DNA of 64,000 nucleotides from a virus (lineage: Duplodnaviria > Caudoviricetes): IMG/VR virus record IMGVR_UViG_3300005973_000002; one strand, given 5' to 3'. The position numbers and the translations under genes were made by a program. Of this stretch, positions 9,546 to 20,504 are shown in pieces. Positions within the stretch are counted from its first letter, which is position 1. Every line of letters starts with the position of its first letter. The notes beneath the pieces were generated by a model that was given only the letters and a program-made list of their open reading frames with translations, did no database searches and was not told the DNA's origin.

Positions 9546-10805
9546 TTATCTCAAATCTGAAAACGGTTTCCCGCTTCTGTAATGAATGTCGTATATTCCT
9601 GAATCATCTGGGTTGTAAGATGGATTACTTGCAGTTAAGTAATCAATGTACCGATTATAAGAAGTTGTTCCGCTTACAAATTGTATTTCTATGGGATAGA
9701 ACACGCTTACATTACTATTGTTTTGATTTAAAATTGCGGAAATTGGCCTTTGTTCGAGAATGTCACGAAGTTGTCCAAATCTATCACTTCTAAATACAAC
9801 ATTAAATCTTTGCGGTAACGAATTGATGAGACCATATTTGAAACCTCTAACTATTGGTCCATAAAGTACAGCAGGAGGATTTAAAAAAAGATCAGTTTCG
9901 TCATAAAGTCCACTAGTGCTAATGTCACGATATGAAGGCAGGTTTCCCCCTAGGTGAACAAACGGACCAGTTCTGTTGTCCTCACTAGGCGCAGCAGATG
10001 CAAGGTTGCCTACTATTCTTAAACCGTCTCCCGTTCCAAACCATGCTTTTTGCAACAACTCCGAAGAAAGTCCAACACTTTCCCATTTTTTTATATCGGA
10101 ATCGCCTCTGGGCAAGGCAGCGGTCGGATGAACTGGTAAGCTGGCTACAAAATGTTTTCGATGAGAATCATTGCTGCCATACATGATAAAAGAAATAGTA
10201 TTAGAGCTAGATGGAACGGTCAACGTCCCCCCGCCAGAATCGCTAACAATTGTTAACGAGTTTATTAAAACATTGCCAGGATTGAAGATACGTGGTTTAA
10301 ATCTCAAACCTCTTTTTGATTGGAATGGAAATTCCACATGCCACCGTGATGTTGTTGTGTGACCTGGGATATTCTCCATTTTAATAAGATGCGTAGCTGC
10401 ACCAGGAACAACCCTTGGGTCTGATACTGATGGAATATTAAACTCGGCCGAACCACTTACACCATTCTCAAAAAGAGTAAATTCTCCACCGTTGTATTCT
10501 TTGTATATGTCCAAAACACCAGGAGCACATGAATCAAGATACGTTTCGTCAGATGTGCCTATGGTAACAATACGAACACTTTTTTTATTATAATTGCCTG
10601 AAACAAATCCCAACCATGTGTCGTAGAGCCACTTTTTTTCAAAAAATTGACTGGTCAAACCTGTTGAAGCTTCAGCTACAACTGCTCGACTACGTTTAAA
10701 TGTGGCAGCATCTTCAGACAAGATATTACCATTGACAGTTTGGCTTGAATAAGAACCACTGTAAGTCGGTCTAGTTTCGGTACGGTATTGATCAAAGATT
10801 GTCAT
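9546..10805 (-). CDS. Putative virion structural protein
   Basis: 419-aa S/T/G/N-rich ORF, translationally coupled (TAATG) within the baseplate operon. Confidence 0.6.
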   Translation of the reverse strand: MTIFDQYRTETRPTYSGSYSSQTVNGNILSEDAATFKRSRAVVAEASTGLTSQFFEKKWLYDTWLGFVSGNYNKKSVRIVTIGTSDETYLDSCAPGVLDIYKEYNGGEFTLFENGVSGSAEFNIPSVSDPRVVPGAATHLIKMENIPGHTTTSRWHVEFPFQSKRGLRFKPRIFNPGNVLINSLTIVSDSGGGTLTVPSSSNTISFIMYGSNDSHRKHFVASLPVHPTAALPRGDSDIKKWESVGLSSELLQKAWFGTGDGLRIVGNLASAAPSEDNRTGPFVHLGGNLPSYRDISTSGLYDETDLFLNPPAVLYGPIVRGFKYGLINSLPQRFNVVFRSDRFGQLRDILEQRPISAILNQNNSNVSVFYPIEIQFVSGTTSYNRYIDYLTASNPSYNPDDSGIYDIHYRSGKPFSDLR

Positions 10806-12721
10806 TACTCAATCACCTCGTGTACAGACTCAGACGTCAATAGTTGATTAAGCGTATCATGCTCTTCTCTGTCTTGCCTAAGAGGTGAACCATAAATAGT
10901 GATTTTAGCATCGCCTGGTAAAAAGTTAATTTCACTCAAGACCGCACCTGGCAATGCTGTTTCCCCATTTACAAAATCTGTAATTGGTTGCTGCCAGCCA
11001 ATCACTAATTGATCCGAAGGCAATAGAAGGTATGGATTGATGTGTAGAAAATTATCAGGCGTTGGTTCAACGATAGTAGTGGATGTAGATAAATCCTCGT
11101 TTATTGCTGTTGCTTGAAGTGACGCTATCTCAGATGAACGAGAGCGACCCGTAGGAAATAAAAGGCCAAGCCCATTTCGATTGCCATTCTTATAATTCAC
11201 ATATGGACCTCCGTAGTTTATAATTGCAATACCCTCTCTGTATGTTCCTGGTCCAGCTTGAAATCGCATGAGAAACCTAGATAAGTCTACCCCACTTATA
11301 GGGTCAATAACTGGAGAGTCAAATATTGAATCTTTATTCGGTGATCCGGCCAGCAATTCTAATTTAACTCTACCAGCCCAAGAAAGTGAGCTTAGATCAT
11401 TCTCAGCATTCTCATTTGACTCAAAAACAAAATCTCTTGTCATAAGTGACTTGGGGTTGTCCTCACGGAATGTTGATACATTACCAAAGTAATATGTGCC
11501 AGGGTATCGTTGAGAACTGGTGGATATATTAGCAGCGAAGCTACTAATGCCGCCCCAGGTGATAATATCTCTGTTTGTAGAAACTGTTTGCGCTGTTCCA
11601 TTGGCAGATAAAGTTACGACCGTTGGCACTTCTGTCACCAGTGTCCCGTCATCTCTCCCGAGTATTTGGTATGAATCAACATACCTATATTTCGCAAATG
11701 ATCTTTGGTTTAAAATAAAGAAATTGTTAATTGCAGCTGGTATCACAGATTGTGTTATGTGCGTAACTCCAAGAGAAGCTGTTGTCATCGTATTTGAAAA
11801 TACTGTATACGCAGCACTCAGCTCAACAACTATTTTTTCAACCAGAAAAGGTTCGGAAATATAACTTGACAAGCTCAATGTTTGTGAAGATGTTGCATGG
11901 TACTTCCCGTGGAATGGAAACCCAAATGTATTTGTTGGTCGCCCTGCGTTGTTCATAAAAGCAAAGGCTCCACTAACTGATGCACTTGTAATAAGATTGT
12001 TTGAAGCAACTATTCCCGGAGTAAAACCATACATGATATGATTTCCGAACGGAACCGGTGGAGCAATATTTGCTGCTCCTTGACTTACAAATCCGGTAGG
12101 TGTACCTGTTCCAATTCCCTGCCAGGTTTTATTAACGAAATTGTAATAAAGCATTTCATAACTCAACCCATCTGTTGCTGTGGAAGGACGAGTTGCATTG
12201 CCCCAATCTGCACCACTTACAAATAATGCTGCACCACAAGTAGAATCTACGCTTATGTCTATTTCTAATTTTGTTTTTGACCACAAAGGTTGTTTTAATT
12301 CATCACCAAAAACAAGCGGGTTAGAACCAGTTGCGTAAAAAGAATTATTGTCTGATTTCCCGTCAACAGCAGGATTGTCATAGTCTCTAAAAGGAGTCAG
12401 ACCTTGGCCAGGTGTAAAATGTGCAATCTGATCTCCCACACCCTTTCTAAGAGAGCCGGTTGTGGTGATATCTGTTAATTGTTCAGAGGGATATTTGATA
12501 AATTGACTACCCGAATTTATACCAATTCCAAGTTCTAAGTTGGAGTAACGAAGAAAGTTTATTGCATTGGTGTCATTCCATAGGACATCATAATTTCCAG
12601 TTCTGTTGTCAGAAGAGATCCTTACTTGTGATGGAAAGCTGCCCGTGGTTGCATCTTCTTGTTGAAGTTGCAACTTTGGTGGCAAACCTTTTATTCTAGT
12701 TTTTTTATTTATTCTTGCCAT
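10805..12721 (-). CDS. Putative virion structural (tail/baseplate) protein
   Basis: 638-aa beta-rich S/T/N-rich ORF with TAATG overlaps on both sides. Confidence 0.6.
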   Translation of the reverse strand: MARINKKTRIKGLPPKLQLQQEDATTGSFPSQVRISSDNRTGNYDVLWNDTNAINFLRYSNLELGIGINSGSQFIKYPSEQLTDITTTGSLRKGVGDQIAHFTPGQGLTPFRDYDNPAVDGKSDNNSFYATGSNPLVFGDELKQPLWSKTKLEIDISVDSTCGAALFVSGADWGNATRPSTATDGLSYEMLYYNFVNKTWQGIGTGTPTGFVSQGAANIAPPVPFGNHIMYGFTPGIVASNNLITSASVSGAFAFMNNAGRPTNTFGFPFHGKYHATSSQTLSLSSYISEPFLVEKIVVELSAAYTVFSNTMTTASLGVTHITQSVIPAAINNFFILNQRSFAKYRYVDSYQILGRDDGTLVTEVPTVVTLSANGTAQTVSTNRDIITWGGISSFAANISTSSQRYPGTYYFGNVSTFREDNPKSLMTRDFVFESNENAENDLSSLSWAGRVKLELLAGSPNKDSIFDSPVIDPISGVDLSRFLMRFQAGPGTYREGIAIINYGGPYVNYKNGNRNGLGLLFPTGRSRSSEIASLQATAINEDLSTSTTIVEPTPDNFLHINPYLLLPSDQLVIGWQQPITDFVNGETALPGAVLSEINFLPGDAKITIYGSPLRQDREEHDTLNQLLTSESVHEVIE

Positions 12722-13581
12722 TAGGCTCCTCTGAACAATCCTCTATAGGCGATGGAATCTGTGCCATAAATTGCCGCTTCGGGACCATAAACATCCCCAC
12801 CAGCGGTGGCTGATTTCTTACTAAACGTTTCTCTTATATCTTCACTTAAATCAAAATCCAATCTTTTTACTGCGTCAAGCATATCTTGATTATCGATTTG
12901 CAGTCTTTCTATTATCCTCTCATCTCTAGTATCATCAAATGGATCAATGTTTCTAATAATAACCGGGGTAAAACCTTCAATAATAACTGAGCCAAAATAC
13001 TCTTGACCTTCATCCAAAAAGAATCGTGGATCTGACGGTGCATTATAGTCAATAAATTGTTCTACAACATTGTTTCCGCCAAGTAAATCATCAAAACCAT
13101 TACCATCTTCCAAAGAACCCTTAACGCTACGTGGGTAGAAAGGCCCTTCGTTTGTGTTTTTACGCATTGGTATGGTGAAGGGTTCGATTATTGCTTCTTC
13201 TTCTTGTTGGGGACCATTGTTAAAAACTATTGGTAGTGGATAATTCGGATCTTCAATATACCAAACTGGATTAAATTCTGGCTGTTCTTCAAAAATACCT
13301 GAGTTTTCAAATTGTGTAAAACTTCTTGCTTGTCCAATGGTTATAACACGTATTTGATGGTCAAGACGTCCGCCCCAAATTTTTGGTTGGATTGACTGAT
13401 ATAAGTGCCTTGGCATTCGCAAGGAAACACCTTGACGAAACCTGTCAATGACAGTGGTGTCATATCCCTGCGTAGCGCCAAACTCCTGTACGGCCTGTTG
13501 GATACGTGGTCCATCAGTATCATTAAATGGTGTAAACTCACCAATTGGTAGGTTGTCATTCTCTGTAATAGTAGCAATCAT
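12721..13581 (-). CDS. Putative virion structural protein
   Basis: 286-aa acidic ORF coupled to the downstream gene; lies in the structural operon. Confidence 0.55.
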   Translation of the reverse strand: MIATITENDNLPIGEFTPFNDTDGPRIQQAVQEFGATQGYDTTVIDRFRQGVSLRMPRHLYQSIQPKIWGGRLDHQIRVITIGQARSFTQFENSGIFEEQPEFNPVWYIEDPNYPLPIVFNNGPQQEEEAIIEPFTIPMRKNTNEGPFYPRSVKGSLEDGNGFDDLLGGNNVVEQFIDYNAPSDPRFFLDEGQEYFGSVIIEGFTPVIIRNIDPFDDTRDERIIERLQIDNQDMLDAVKRLDFDLSEDIRETFSKKSATAGGDVYGPEAAIYGTDSIAYRGLFRGA

Positions 13582-13593
13582 TTACACCTCAAT

Positions 13594-14651
13594 TTATTCT
13601 ACTAACACCCAACTTTTATGATGTCGTCTTTTGCCTTGAAATACCTTGATAAGTAGGCTTCTTTCTAAATTGTGTTTTCTGCAAAATTTAGAAAGGTTTG
13701 TTATCGGTCCATAAACATTCCCATTTGGATCTTTGATTTTTATATCATAGGTTTTTTGTCTAGACTCTATAAGAGAGTTTGCAACGTGTTTTGGCATTCG
13801 CCTTCCTGTGTTTGCTTTGATAAGTGCTTTTTTTGTTTTTGACAACATTCGTTTGCCGAAATTGGGATTTTTAGTTCCGATCTTTTGGTTTCTTAACTTT
13901 TTCAGTGTCTCCTTTGAGTGCTTTTTCCCCATGTTCGCTTTAGAAATTTTTTCTTTTGTTTCATTACTCATGGGTATTTTTTCAACACCGCAATATTCTT
14001 TATTTTCTTCTAACACCCATCCCTTGTGATGTATTCGTTTACCCTGAATTACCTCAGACAAGTGTTTGTTGCATAAATTATGTTTAGCTGCAAACTTGGC
14101 TAGATTTTCTATCTTAGTAAATTTTTTTCCTTTTGGAGAAAGTAATGATGTGTAATATACTTTAGCAGCAGAATTAATTGGTTTCACATCTAACAATCTC
14201 TTAACCAGAGCTTCTTTTCTTGTAGGATTGTTTTTGTAGAATTTTTTAGGCGCTTGAGAAATTTTTTGTTTATGTACCTTGGAAAAACCATCCCGGTCCT
14301 TTGACCAACATGTTCTTTTACTAGATTTCGGCTTTTCTGAAAATTAAAGCAATTATCCCAATTTCCTAAACCAACCTGCTCTTTGAGCAATTCCTCTTCT
14401 CGGATTGTTCTCGCTAGGCGATCACCTTCAATTACTTCAACAACTTCAAACAAAAAAGCATCTTCGCCATGTTTATTGAAACTAGCTTGAAGATGTTTGT
14501 TCTGATGTTTTTGCTTCCTCAAGGAAGAGGCATGCTGCGAAGCACGCACTTGAAAACATTTAGCAGAACCAATATAAATTTTGTTGTTTTTGATGTTGGT
14601 AATCCGATAAATTCCACCTTTTTTAGAATTTCCTTTATAATCTTTTTTCAT
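13594..14651 (-). pseudogene. GIY-YIG homing endonuclease with NUMOD3-like and repeated DNA-binding modules, split by a -1 frameshift near 14332-14340
   Basis: GGIYRITN..KIYIGSAK..R..H..L N-terminal domain. After FNFQK the -1 frame reads KPKSSKRTCWSK...LLDVKP and is continuous with ORF 13594..14196. Confidence 0.85.
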
Positions 14652-14702
14652 ACATAACTCTCAATCAAAGTTAGTACAAATCAAAGGATACGTTTTGGGC
14701 AT

Positions 14703-17700
14703 TCAGTATTTGGCAAATTCGCCGGTGATCAGTCTAAGCAGAATTGTGTCTTTCAGGGCATGTCTTGTGTTGTCTCCAAGATAGATATCCGAAAATTGAT
14801 ATTCTACTTTGCCTCGTTCCAACATATGCGATTCGACAACGAAGTTTGTCCCAAGAAAACGAGTTTTTCTTGGAACAAGTTGTTCAACAAATGTACCAAT
14901 GTTGGTATCAAACCATTTATAGAATTCAAAGAACAATTTCAAGTTCATCTTGTTGACCAACTTATTAAAGTACACCTCTCTAAGAGATTCAAGATCGGGA
15001 TAATCAGGAGAGAATAACAATTCTGGAGAGCCAATGGCATCGTTTAATTCGTCAAGTGACGCAAAAATTGTAACAATATCCTGGTCCAAGGCATCAACAA
15101 CTGAGTAGTCAATAGTAAATCTATTGTTGTCAGTCGGTGTTTCAGAGGGCGGTGTTTCATAAACAGGAGCTACTTCGGCCCATGGAGTTTCTTGTACAAG
15201 ATCAAAGTTTTGAAAACTTCGAACACGTACTTTTTCAGTAGTAGCTGCTTGATCAAATTTTGGTGAAAGATAACTAAAAAAGAACCTTTCTGGAACGATA
15301 ACGGATGAGTTAGCTGGAAAACCAGAACCAGTCAAAGTAAAGTCATTTTGCGTAAAATCAGTAAAGTAAATACGTCCCGCAGAATCGGACTGGGTAACAA
15401 TTTGGTCTGTTGAAACATCCAAACGCAAACGCTCCCAAGAGCCGGTGTTCGTTGTGTTGAAATTAAAGTTTGTTTTGGGATCGTCAACACCAACCGAGCG
15501 ATAGTTTCTAACATGTTCCTTCCACTCGTTGTCTCGCAATCCTCTCGACCAGAACCGTACTTGTGATACCTTACCGACAAAATTGGTAACTTTTGCCGTG
15601 CTGCCCACTCCAGTTGAATCTAAATCTGTCGAATTCAAAAAAGTGTCTGAAAAATTTCCCAGACTTTGAGAACCCCAAACAAGAAAAGAGCCAGAGATGT
15701 TTACGGAGCCAGTAGTGTTCTGCCATAAGCTGGTACTTGTGTCGCCATTATAGTCGTTATAGTATGCTGAAGTTACATATGATTCAAGGATTTCTCCGAA
15801 ACCTTGTCTGGCCACTCGTAAGAAATAAGACGAAGAAACCACAGAACCCACTTGATCATTTCTGTTTCTGCCAAATGAAACATACCACTGTCTACCATCG
15901 AAAATATCTGCTCCGGTGATAGACAGTGCAAGCGGATCAACACTCGCAGAAGTATTTTGTCGAACATACAGCGTAGTGTGGCCTCCTCTTACGGTCACAA
16001 GATTTGTTATAACGCTCTCCGCTGGCGATAAAGTTCCAGAAGTATGAATACGTATTAAACTTTGTGAAGTAAATCCAAAATCTCTTACGGGCATTCTATA
16101 AGTGCCCTCGTAAGTCCATGAACCTGAAGTTAAAAGCCTGTCGTCAAACGTCGGAGTGGAGCTACCAGGTTCAGGGAACCCTGGCTCTGTCCTACTGCTC
16201 GCAGTAAGGAAAGGGCTGGTTACAAAGCCACCTGAAACAAAGTCCAACATCGTGGAAAATTCATTTCTCTTGTCTCTTGCAAACGTAAGAGGGAGACGTG
16301 AAGGTCCACCGTATTCTCTGATTCTAAAATTGTTGTCAGGATCAATTCCCACAGAACGAATGAAAGATTTTATTGAATGAAGGGTTCCTTTGGAACGAAT
16401 AACATCTTGAAGATTGATCAAGATTCTTCGCCAAATCTGATTTCGAATTTCAAGCAAAGAAAGGTCGTTGGTACTAATGTCACTCTGTATGTTCTCAGCC
16501 TCAATAAACTGTTCAAGCGAACTTCCATCAAACAGTGGAGGAAGTTCGATACCTTGATTTCTTGCTAGGGATAGTAGAAATTGGTCAGGAACAGTATCAG
16601 TATTGTCATAATCTACATGATTCAAAGTGCTTAATGTTTGTATGTAGAGCTTCATCTCATCGAAGAATTTTGCCCAAGTGTACAGTAGTAACAATAGTGT
16701 TTGAGTAGCTCCAAGACGAACCGAACGTGGGTCATCTCCACTTTGTAGAGCATCTACAATAGCTCCAGTTTCCGTTTCGAGTCCTTCCTCCGATTGACCT
16801 TCGAGGAAATAATGCACTGGAATAAGTTTAGTAATGAGATTGGGATTGTCATTGTCATACAATGAAGCCGAAAGTAAGAGTCTATCTCTAAATGCAGCAA
16901 GATTTTCTTGTGAAGGAAACAAGATAGGTGAGTCAGCTATTTTTTCATATATGACAGGACTTGGTCCAGCAATAGAAGATGTCGGTACTTCACGAACTCC
17001 AAGAACCAATGAGTTGGTATTAAGTCGACCATGCAAAGAATTGGAAGAGTGATCTAAAACGATAGGCGAATTGCTGCCAGATGGTTCATTAAATTTAAAG
17101 TAAAGTACCAGGTCATCCGAAGCAAAAACAGCCTTCTCCTTAAAAAGATTTCTTTCGTTTTCAGTTCTTACAGAATGCCAAATTCTCAACTCATCTATTG
17201 CGCCAGAAAATGTAGTTTCAGGTGTAAACAGAACTGACGGACCGAAAGAAGATGTAATAGCACTTCCAGAACCAATTAACATATCTGCTGTCTGCGAAGC
17301 TATCGGACCAAATTCAATAGCTTGTGAAGAACTTGCAAAAAATCTTTGATTAACAAACCCGAATATTTTATTAACGCTTTGATTGCGGTTCCACACCCAA
17401 GCAACATGATTCCATTTTCCCTTTTCAACCTCTAGTGTTACTTGGTCGGCGTTTGTTCCAGAGAGTACGTGAAAACTCAAAGAACCAGTTGTTGTTGAAG
17501 CAGAACCAGAAAGAGAAACATAGAATCCTTGTTGACTCAACGAAGCATTTGGGTTTACATGTTTGTCTATAATGGCTGAAGCTGAATTTTCTTGGCCTGG
17601 TAGATAAATCCACATTTCTAATGTCATTGGGTCAATGTCTGGATTGATTAAAGTTTGACCCGTTCGATTTGTCGATACAGTTGGGAAGGCTGCACCGGCA

Positions 17701-18170
17701 ATATCTTTGACAGTTATAAATGTACCAGGATCATCAGGTTCCCCATTTGAGCCCGAAAAGAACAAATAACCAACATTTTTAGGAAAGTTGTCGTATGCCC
17801 ATTTCTCAAATCCAGTTAGGCTGGCAAAGAAGTTTTCAAATTCTTCTTTAGTTCCATCAAAAGGAAACTCGTTGAAAACTTTCTCAAATGCTACATTAGT
17901 TTTAACCTGAGCAGAATTAAAAAAAGTATGATTAACAAAGTTAGACCAATCAACATTTAGCTGTTGTGTATTGCGTAAACCAGTACCTTCAATTGTGTAT
18001 TTGAAACTTGATGTGTTATTGACACTGCTATCACTTAACTCATTACTACTTCTGCTGAAATTTACCGAATTGTTAGAAGGCCCATTCCTAAGTCCACGTA
18101 CAACTGTAGGCGTAAACAGACCTGGCCTGTTCAAATTTAAGTTTCGGGTATTGTTTCTCTGGTCTATCAT
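14703..18170 (-). CDS. Large baseplate/tail protein with LamG/concanavalin-like domains
   Basis: MTLEMWIY..WNHVAWVWN..FSGAIDELRIW LamG-type motifs; 'IRSKGTLHSIKSFIRSVGI' resembles the tail protein I/gp7 wedge motif. Confidence 0.7.
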   Translation of the reverse strand: MIDQRNNTRNLNLNRPGLFTPTVVRGLRNGPSNNSVNFSRSSNELSDSSVNNTSSFKYTIEGTGLRNTQQLNVDWSNFVNHTFFNSAQVKTNVAFEKVFNEFPFDGTKEEFENFFASLTGFEKWAYDNFPKNVGYLFFSGSNGEPDDPGTFITVKDIAGAAFPTVSTNRTGQTLINPDIDPMTLEMWIYLPGQENSASAIIDKHVNPNASLSQQGFYVSLSGSASTTTGSLSFHVLSGTNADQVTLEVEKGKWNHVAWVWNRNQSVNKIFGFVNQRFFASSSQAIEFGPIASQTADMLIGSGSAITSSFGPSVLFTPETTFSGAIDELRIWHSVRTENERNLFKEKAVFASDDLVLYFKFNEPSGSNSPIVLDHSSNSLHGRLNTNSLVLGVREVPTSSIAGPSPVIYEKIADSPILFPSQENLAAFRDRLLLSASLYDNDNPNLITKLIPVHYFLEGQSEEGLETETGAIVDALQSGDDPRSVRLGATQTLLLLLYTWAKFFDEMKLYIQTLSTLNHVDYDNTDTVPDQFLLSLARNQGIELPPLFDGSSLEQFIEAENIQSDISTNDLSLLEIRNQIWRRILINLQDVIRSKGTLHSIKSFIRSVGIDPDNNFRIREYGGPSRLPLTFARDKRNEFSTMLDFVSGGFVTSPFLTASSRTEPGFPEPGSSTPTFDDRLLTSGSWTYEGTYRMPVRDFGFTSQSLIRIHTSGTLSPAESVITNLVTVRGGHTTLYVRQNTSASVDPLALSITGADIFDGRQWYVSFGRNRNDQVGSVVSSSYFLRVARQGFGEILESYVTSAYYNDYNGDTSTSLWQNTTGSVNISGSFLVWGSQSLGNFSDTFLNSTDLDSTGVGSTAKVTNFVGKVSQVRFWSRGLRDNEWKEHVRNYRSVGVDDPKTNFNFNTTNTGSWERLRLDVSTDQIVTQSDSAGRIYFTDFTQNDFTLTGSGFPANSSVIVPERFFFSYLSPKFDQAATTEKVRVRSFQNFDLVQETPWAEVAPVYETPPSETPTDNNRFTIDYSVVDALDQDIVTIFASLDELNDAIGSPELLFSPDYPDLESLREVYFNKLVNKMNLKLFFEFYKWFDTNIGTFVEQLVPRKTRFLGTNFVVESHMLERGKVEYQFSDIYLGDNTRHALKDTILLRLITGEFAKY

Positions 18171-19741
18171 TATGGAATAACTTTAAATTTAAATCCCCTG
18201 TCGGTAATGGAAAGGTCACGTCCGATATCCGTCACGCACAATAACTCAAATTCATAAACTTCATTAACCGGCAGGTCTTTAAAGTAAAAGTCAAAATACA
18301 TACCATCCTTGTCAGTTGACATTCTAGTTGACGGACTCCAGGGAATAACAACTTCTTTTGTAAAGGCTTTGACTACTCGCCACCTCATATCAGGAACAAC
18401 AACAGAATCTAATTCAAGAGGAACTTTGAACCCTGGCAATTCTTGGTTGTAATCAGCAGCAAATACTCTGATTCTATCAATTTCTTGAGAATTATATTGG
18501 TCTTTCAGGTTTGTCATATTAACAACCAAATTTATATCCATAGCATTTTGTTGTTGGCCCTGAATTCTATTAAACGTTACACCATTTTTGGCGTATTGAA
18601 CAGTTTGGTCCAAACTTCTCCAAAGAACATCAAAATAAACTTGATTTGAGTTAGAAACAAAAGAACGAAGACCTTGGTCTTCAACAAGAGAAAGATGAAA
18701 TGGAGCAAAGTATATGCCGGTTTGCGGCAAACTACCAAAACTGAACTGGCTGCCTGAAAATGAACGTGACACATAAACCAGGCTTCTTGTAAGATAGTTG
18801 ATGCTCGCACTATGCGATGGACTCCAACTTGAAGTTGTAAACTTTACACTCTTGGAAGCAATTAGAGTCATTAATAAACTGTCTGATCCAGTTATAGCAA
18901 CGCTGCCAGAAAAAAAGTTTCGGTTTTGCCCACGAACAGGGTTATAAACATACAAACTTGATGAAACATCAAAAAATGGCCGTCCTCCTGGGTCGTTGAT
19001 ATAATCACTATATTCCACAACCAGTTCTGGTTTGAGGTTCTTATTAAATGCATGACGACTGCCAAAACGTTTAACAAACCTTGTTTTGGTGTCCTCTTCC
19101 TCTGGTGCCGTAAACGAAAGTCTAAATCCATTATTTGGTATAATGCCAGCAAGGCTTGCAGAAACAAGATGTGTCACATCAACTCTTAGGTTCTCGTCAC
19201 CTCGATTAAATTTCTGCGAAGAACCAAGGTATTGTAAGCCTGAGCCGATGTTCCCAGAGACAATAACATCAACATCTTCTCCAAGAGAACCGGTAGCTCC
19301 TGCACCAGGCTGACTCCAAGTTACAACTGGAGAAAGAGAAGCAGTGATCCAATTGGCAGCATCCAAATCTCTAAATGCTACAACGTCAATGCCCCGACCT
19401 TCATCAAAAGATTTTGATAATGGCAGTAACTCAACAGTGAAATTTGATGGTGTAGTTTGCCCACCATATACATCTTTTAAGACAACAGTTGCTCCGAAAC
19501 TTGCACTCGCAAAATCCAGAATACTACCTGTTAGTGCTCGAAGCTCAGAGTAGTCAAATTCAACCAGCAACCTTGTTAGTTCGGTAATCGAACCAGTAAC
19601 GTTAGCAATAGTGGTTTCATTATAAAGCTTAAAAAGATCAAGCGTGCCTGCTTGCCCAACATTTGAACCAGTTGTTCGACTGCCCGCAATGAATTTGTTT
19701 GTGATATAGGTATCTTTTGATGCTGAAAGTATTCTATACAT
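18170..19741 (-). CDS. Putative virion structural protein (beta-sandwich, DNRLRE-like)
   Basis: 523-aa ORF in the baseplate operon; ..RLLVEFD.. and ..PELVVEY.. pattern. Confidence 0.55.
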   Translation of the reverse strand: MYRILSASKDTYITNKFIAGSRTTGSNVGQAGTLDLFKLYNETTIANVTGSITELTRLLVEFDYSELRALTGSILDFASASFGATVVLKDVYGGQTTPSNFTVELLPLSKSFDEGRGIDVVAFRDLDAANWITASLSPVVTWSQPGAGATGSLGEDVDVIVSGNIGSGLQYLGSSQKFNRGDENLRVDVTHLVSASLAGIIPNNGFRLSFTAPEEEDTKTRFVKRFGSRHAFNKNLKPELVVEYSDYINDPGGRPFFDVSSSLYVYNPVRGQNRNFFSGSVAITGSDSLLMTLIASKSVKFTTSSWSPSHSASINYLTRSLVYVSRSFSGSQFSFGSLPQTGIYFAPFHLSLVEDQGLRSFVSNSNQVYFDVLWRSLDQTVQYAKNGVTFNRIQGQQQNAMDINLVVNMTNLKDQYNSQEIDRIRVFAADYNQELPGFKVPLELDSVVVPDMRWRVVKAFTKEVVIPWSPSTRMSTDKDGMYFDFYFKDLPVNEVYEFELLCVTDIGRDLSITDRGFKFKVIP

Positions 19742-20449
19742 TAGTTCATATCCTTGAGATAGACCCAGTGAAAACCACCTGCTGTTTTTCTCTTACCTTG
19801 ACAAGTATAAGTAATGTTTGAAGCAAATATTTGTGTTTCTTTTGAAGCTGCCAAAGCTGACGGATATGTCTTTATTATTTTTTTGTTTTCCCCAAGTTGA
19901 ACAACTGGAATTCCATTTGTCATTTTTTGTTTTTTCTAGCTAATTTTATTCTTTTGATTGTGTCTGTTTTATGTCCTCCATAACTTGGATTATTAGTACC
20001 AGACATAAGTTTTGACAATTTTTTCTTCCGGTTTGGATTTTTATCCCAATATTGCTGCAGCGACTTTTTTACCTTGGCTTTTGTTTTTTGAGGATTTTTT
20101 GACCAACAACTTCGTTCCTTTTGCGAAGTTTTTTCTTGAAATTGAAAGTATTTTACCATTTATCTTCTTTGATAAGATTGACAATATATTTTTGTTCAGT
20201 CTTAAGCCGTTCCCCTTTATCACCATCAACAACTTCCAATATTTCAAACAGAAAATTATCTGATCCCCACTTTTTCCAACTAGCTAACAAATGTTTGTTA
20301 GCATGTTTTTCTACATTTAATCTGCTTTGATGTTGCGTTGCTCATTTTTTAAAGCATTTAGCACTTCCAATATAAATTTTCCCATTTTTCAAATTTCGAT
20401 TTTGGTAAACTCCACCTTTGTTTGATTTCCCTCTAAATTCTTTCTTCAT
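19741..20449 (-). pseudogene. Degenerate GIY-YIG homing endonuclease with NUMOD3/NUMOD1-type modules
   Basis: ATG at 20449 with SD gives MKKEFRGKSNKGGVYQ..KIYIGSAKCFKK*. In-frame TGA at 20342-44, TAA at 20153-55, and -1 shifts at A6 runs 20129-34 and 19923-28. Paralog of 13594..14651. Confidence 0.85.
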
Positions 20450-20504
20450 GATTTATCTCCGTTGTTGCAGAGATAAGCATGTCTGAGGTCTCCAGTGTCC
20501 CTGT

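Noticed and set aside
20153-20344. Stop-codon reassignment (TGA/TAA readthrough) suggested by in-frame stops in the GIY-YIG gene
   Set aside because: TGA, TAA and TAG all end well-defined genes elsewhere, long structural ORFs are intact in code 11, and the same gene also has frameshifts, so decay is the simpler explanation.
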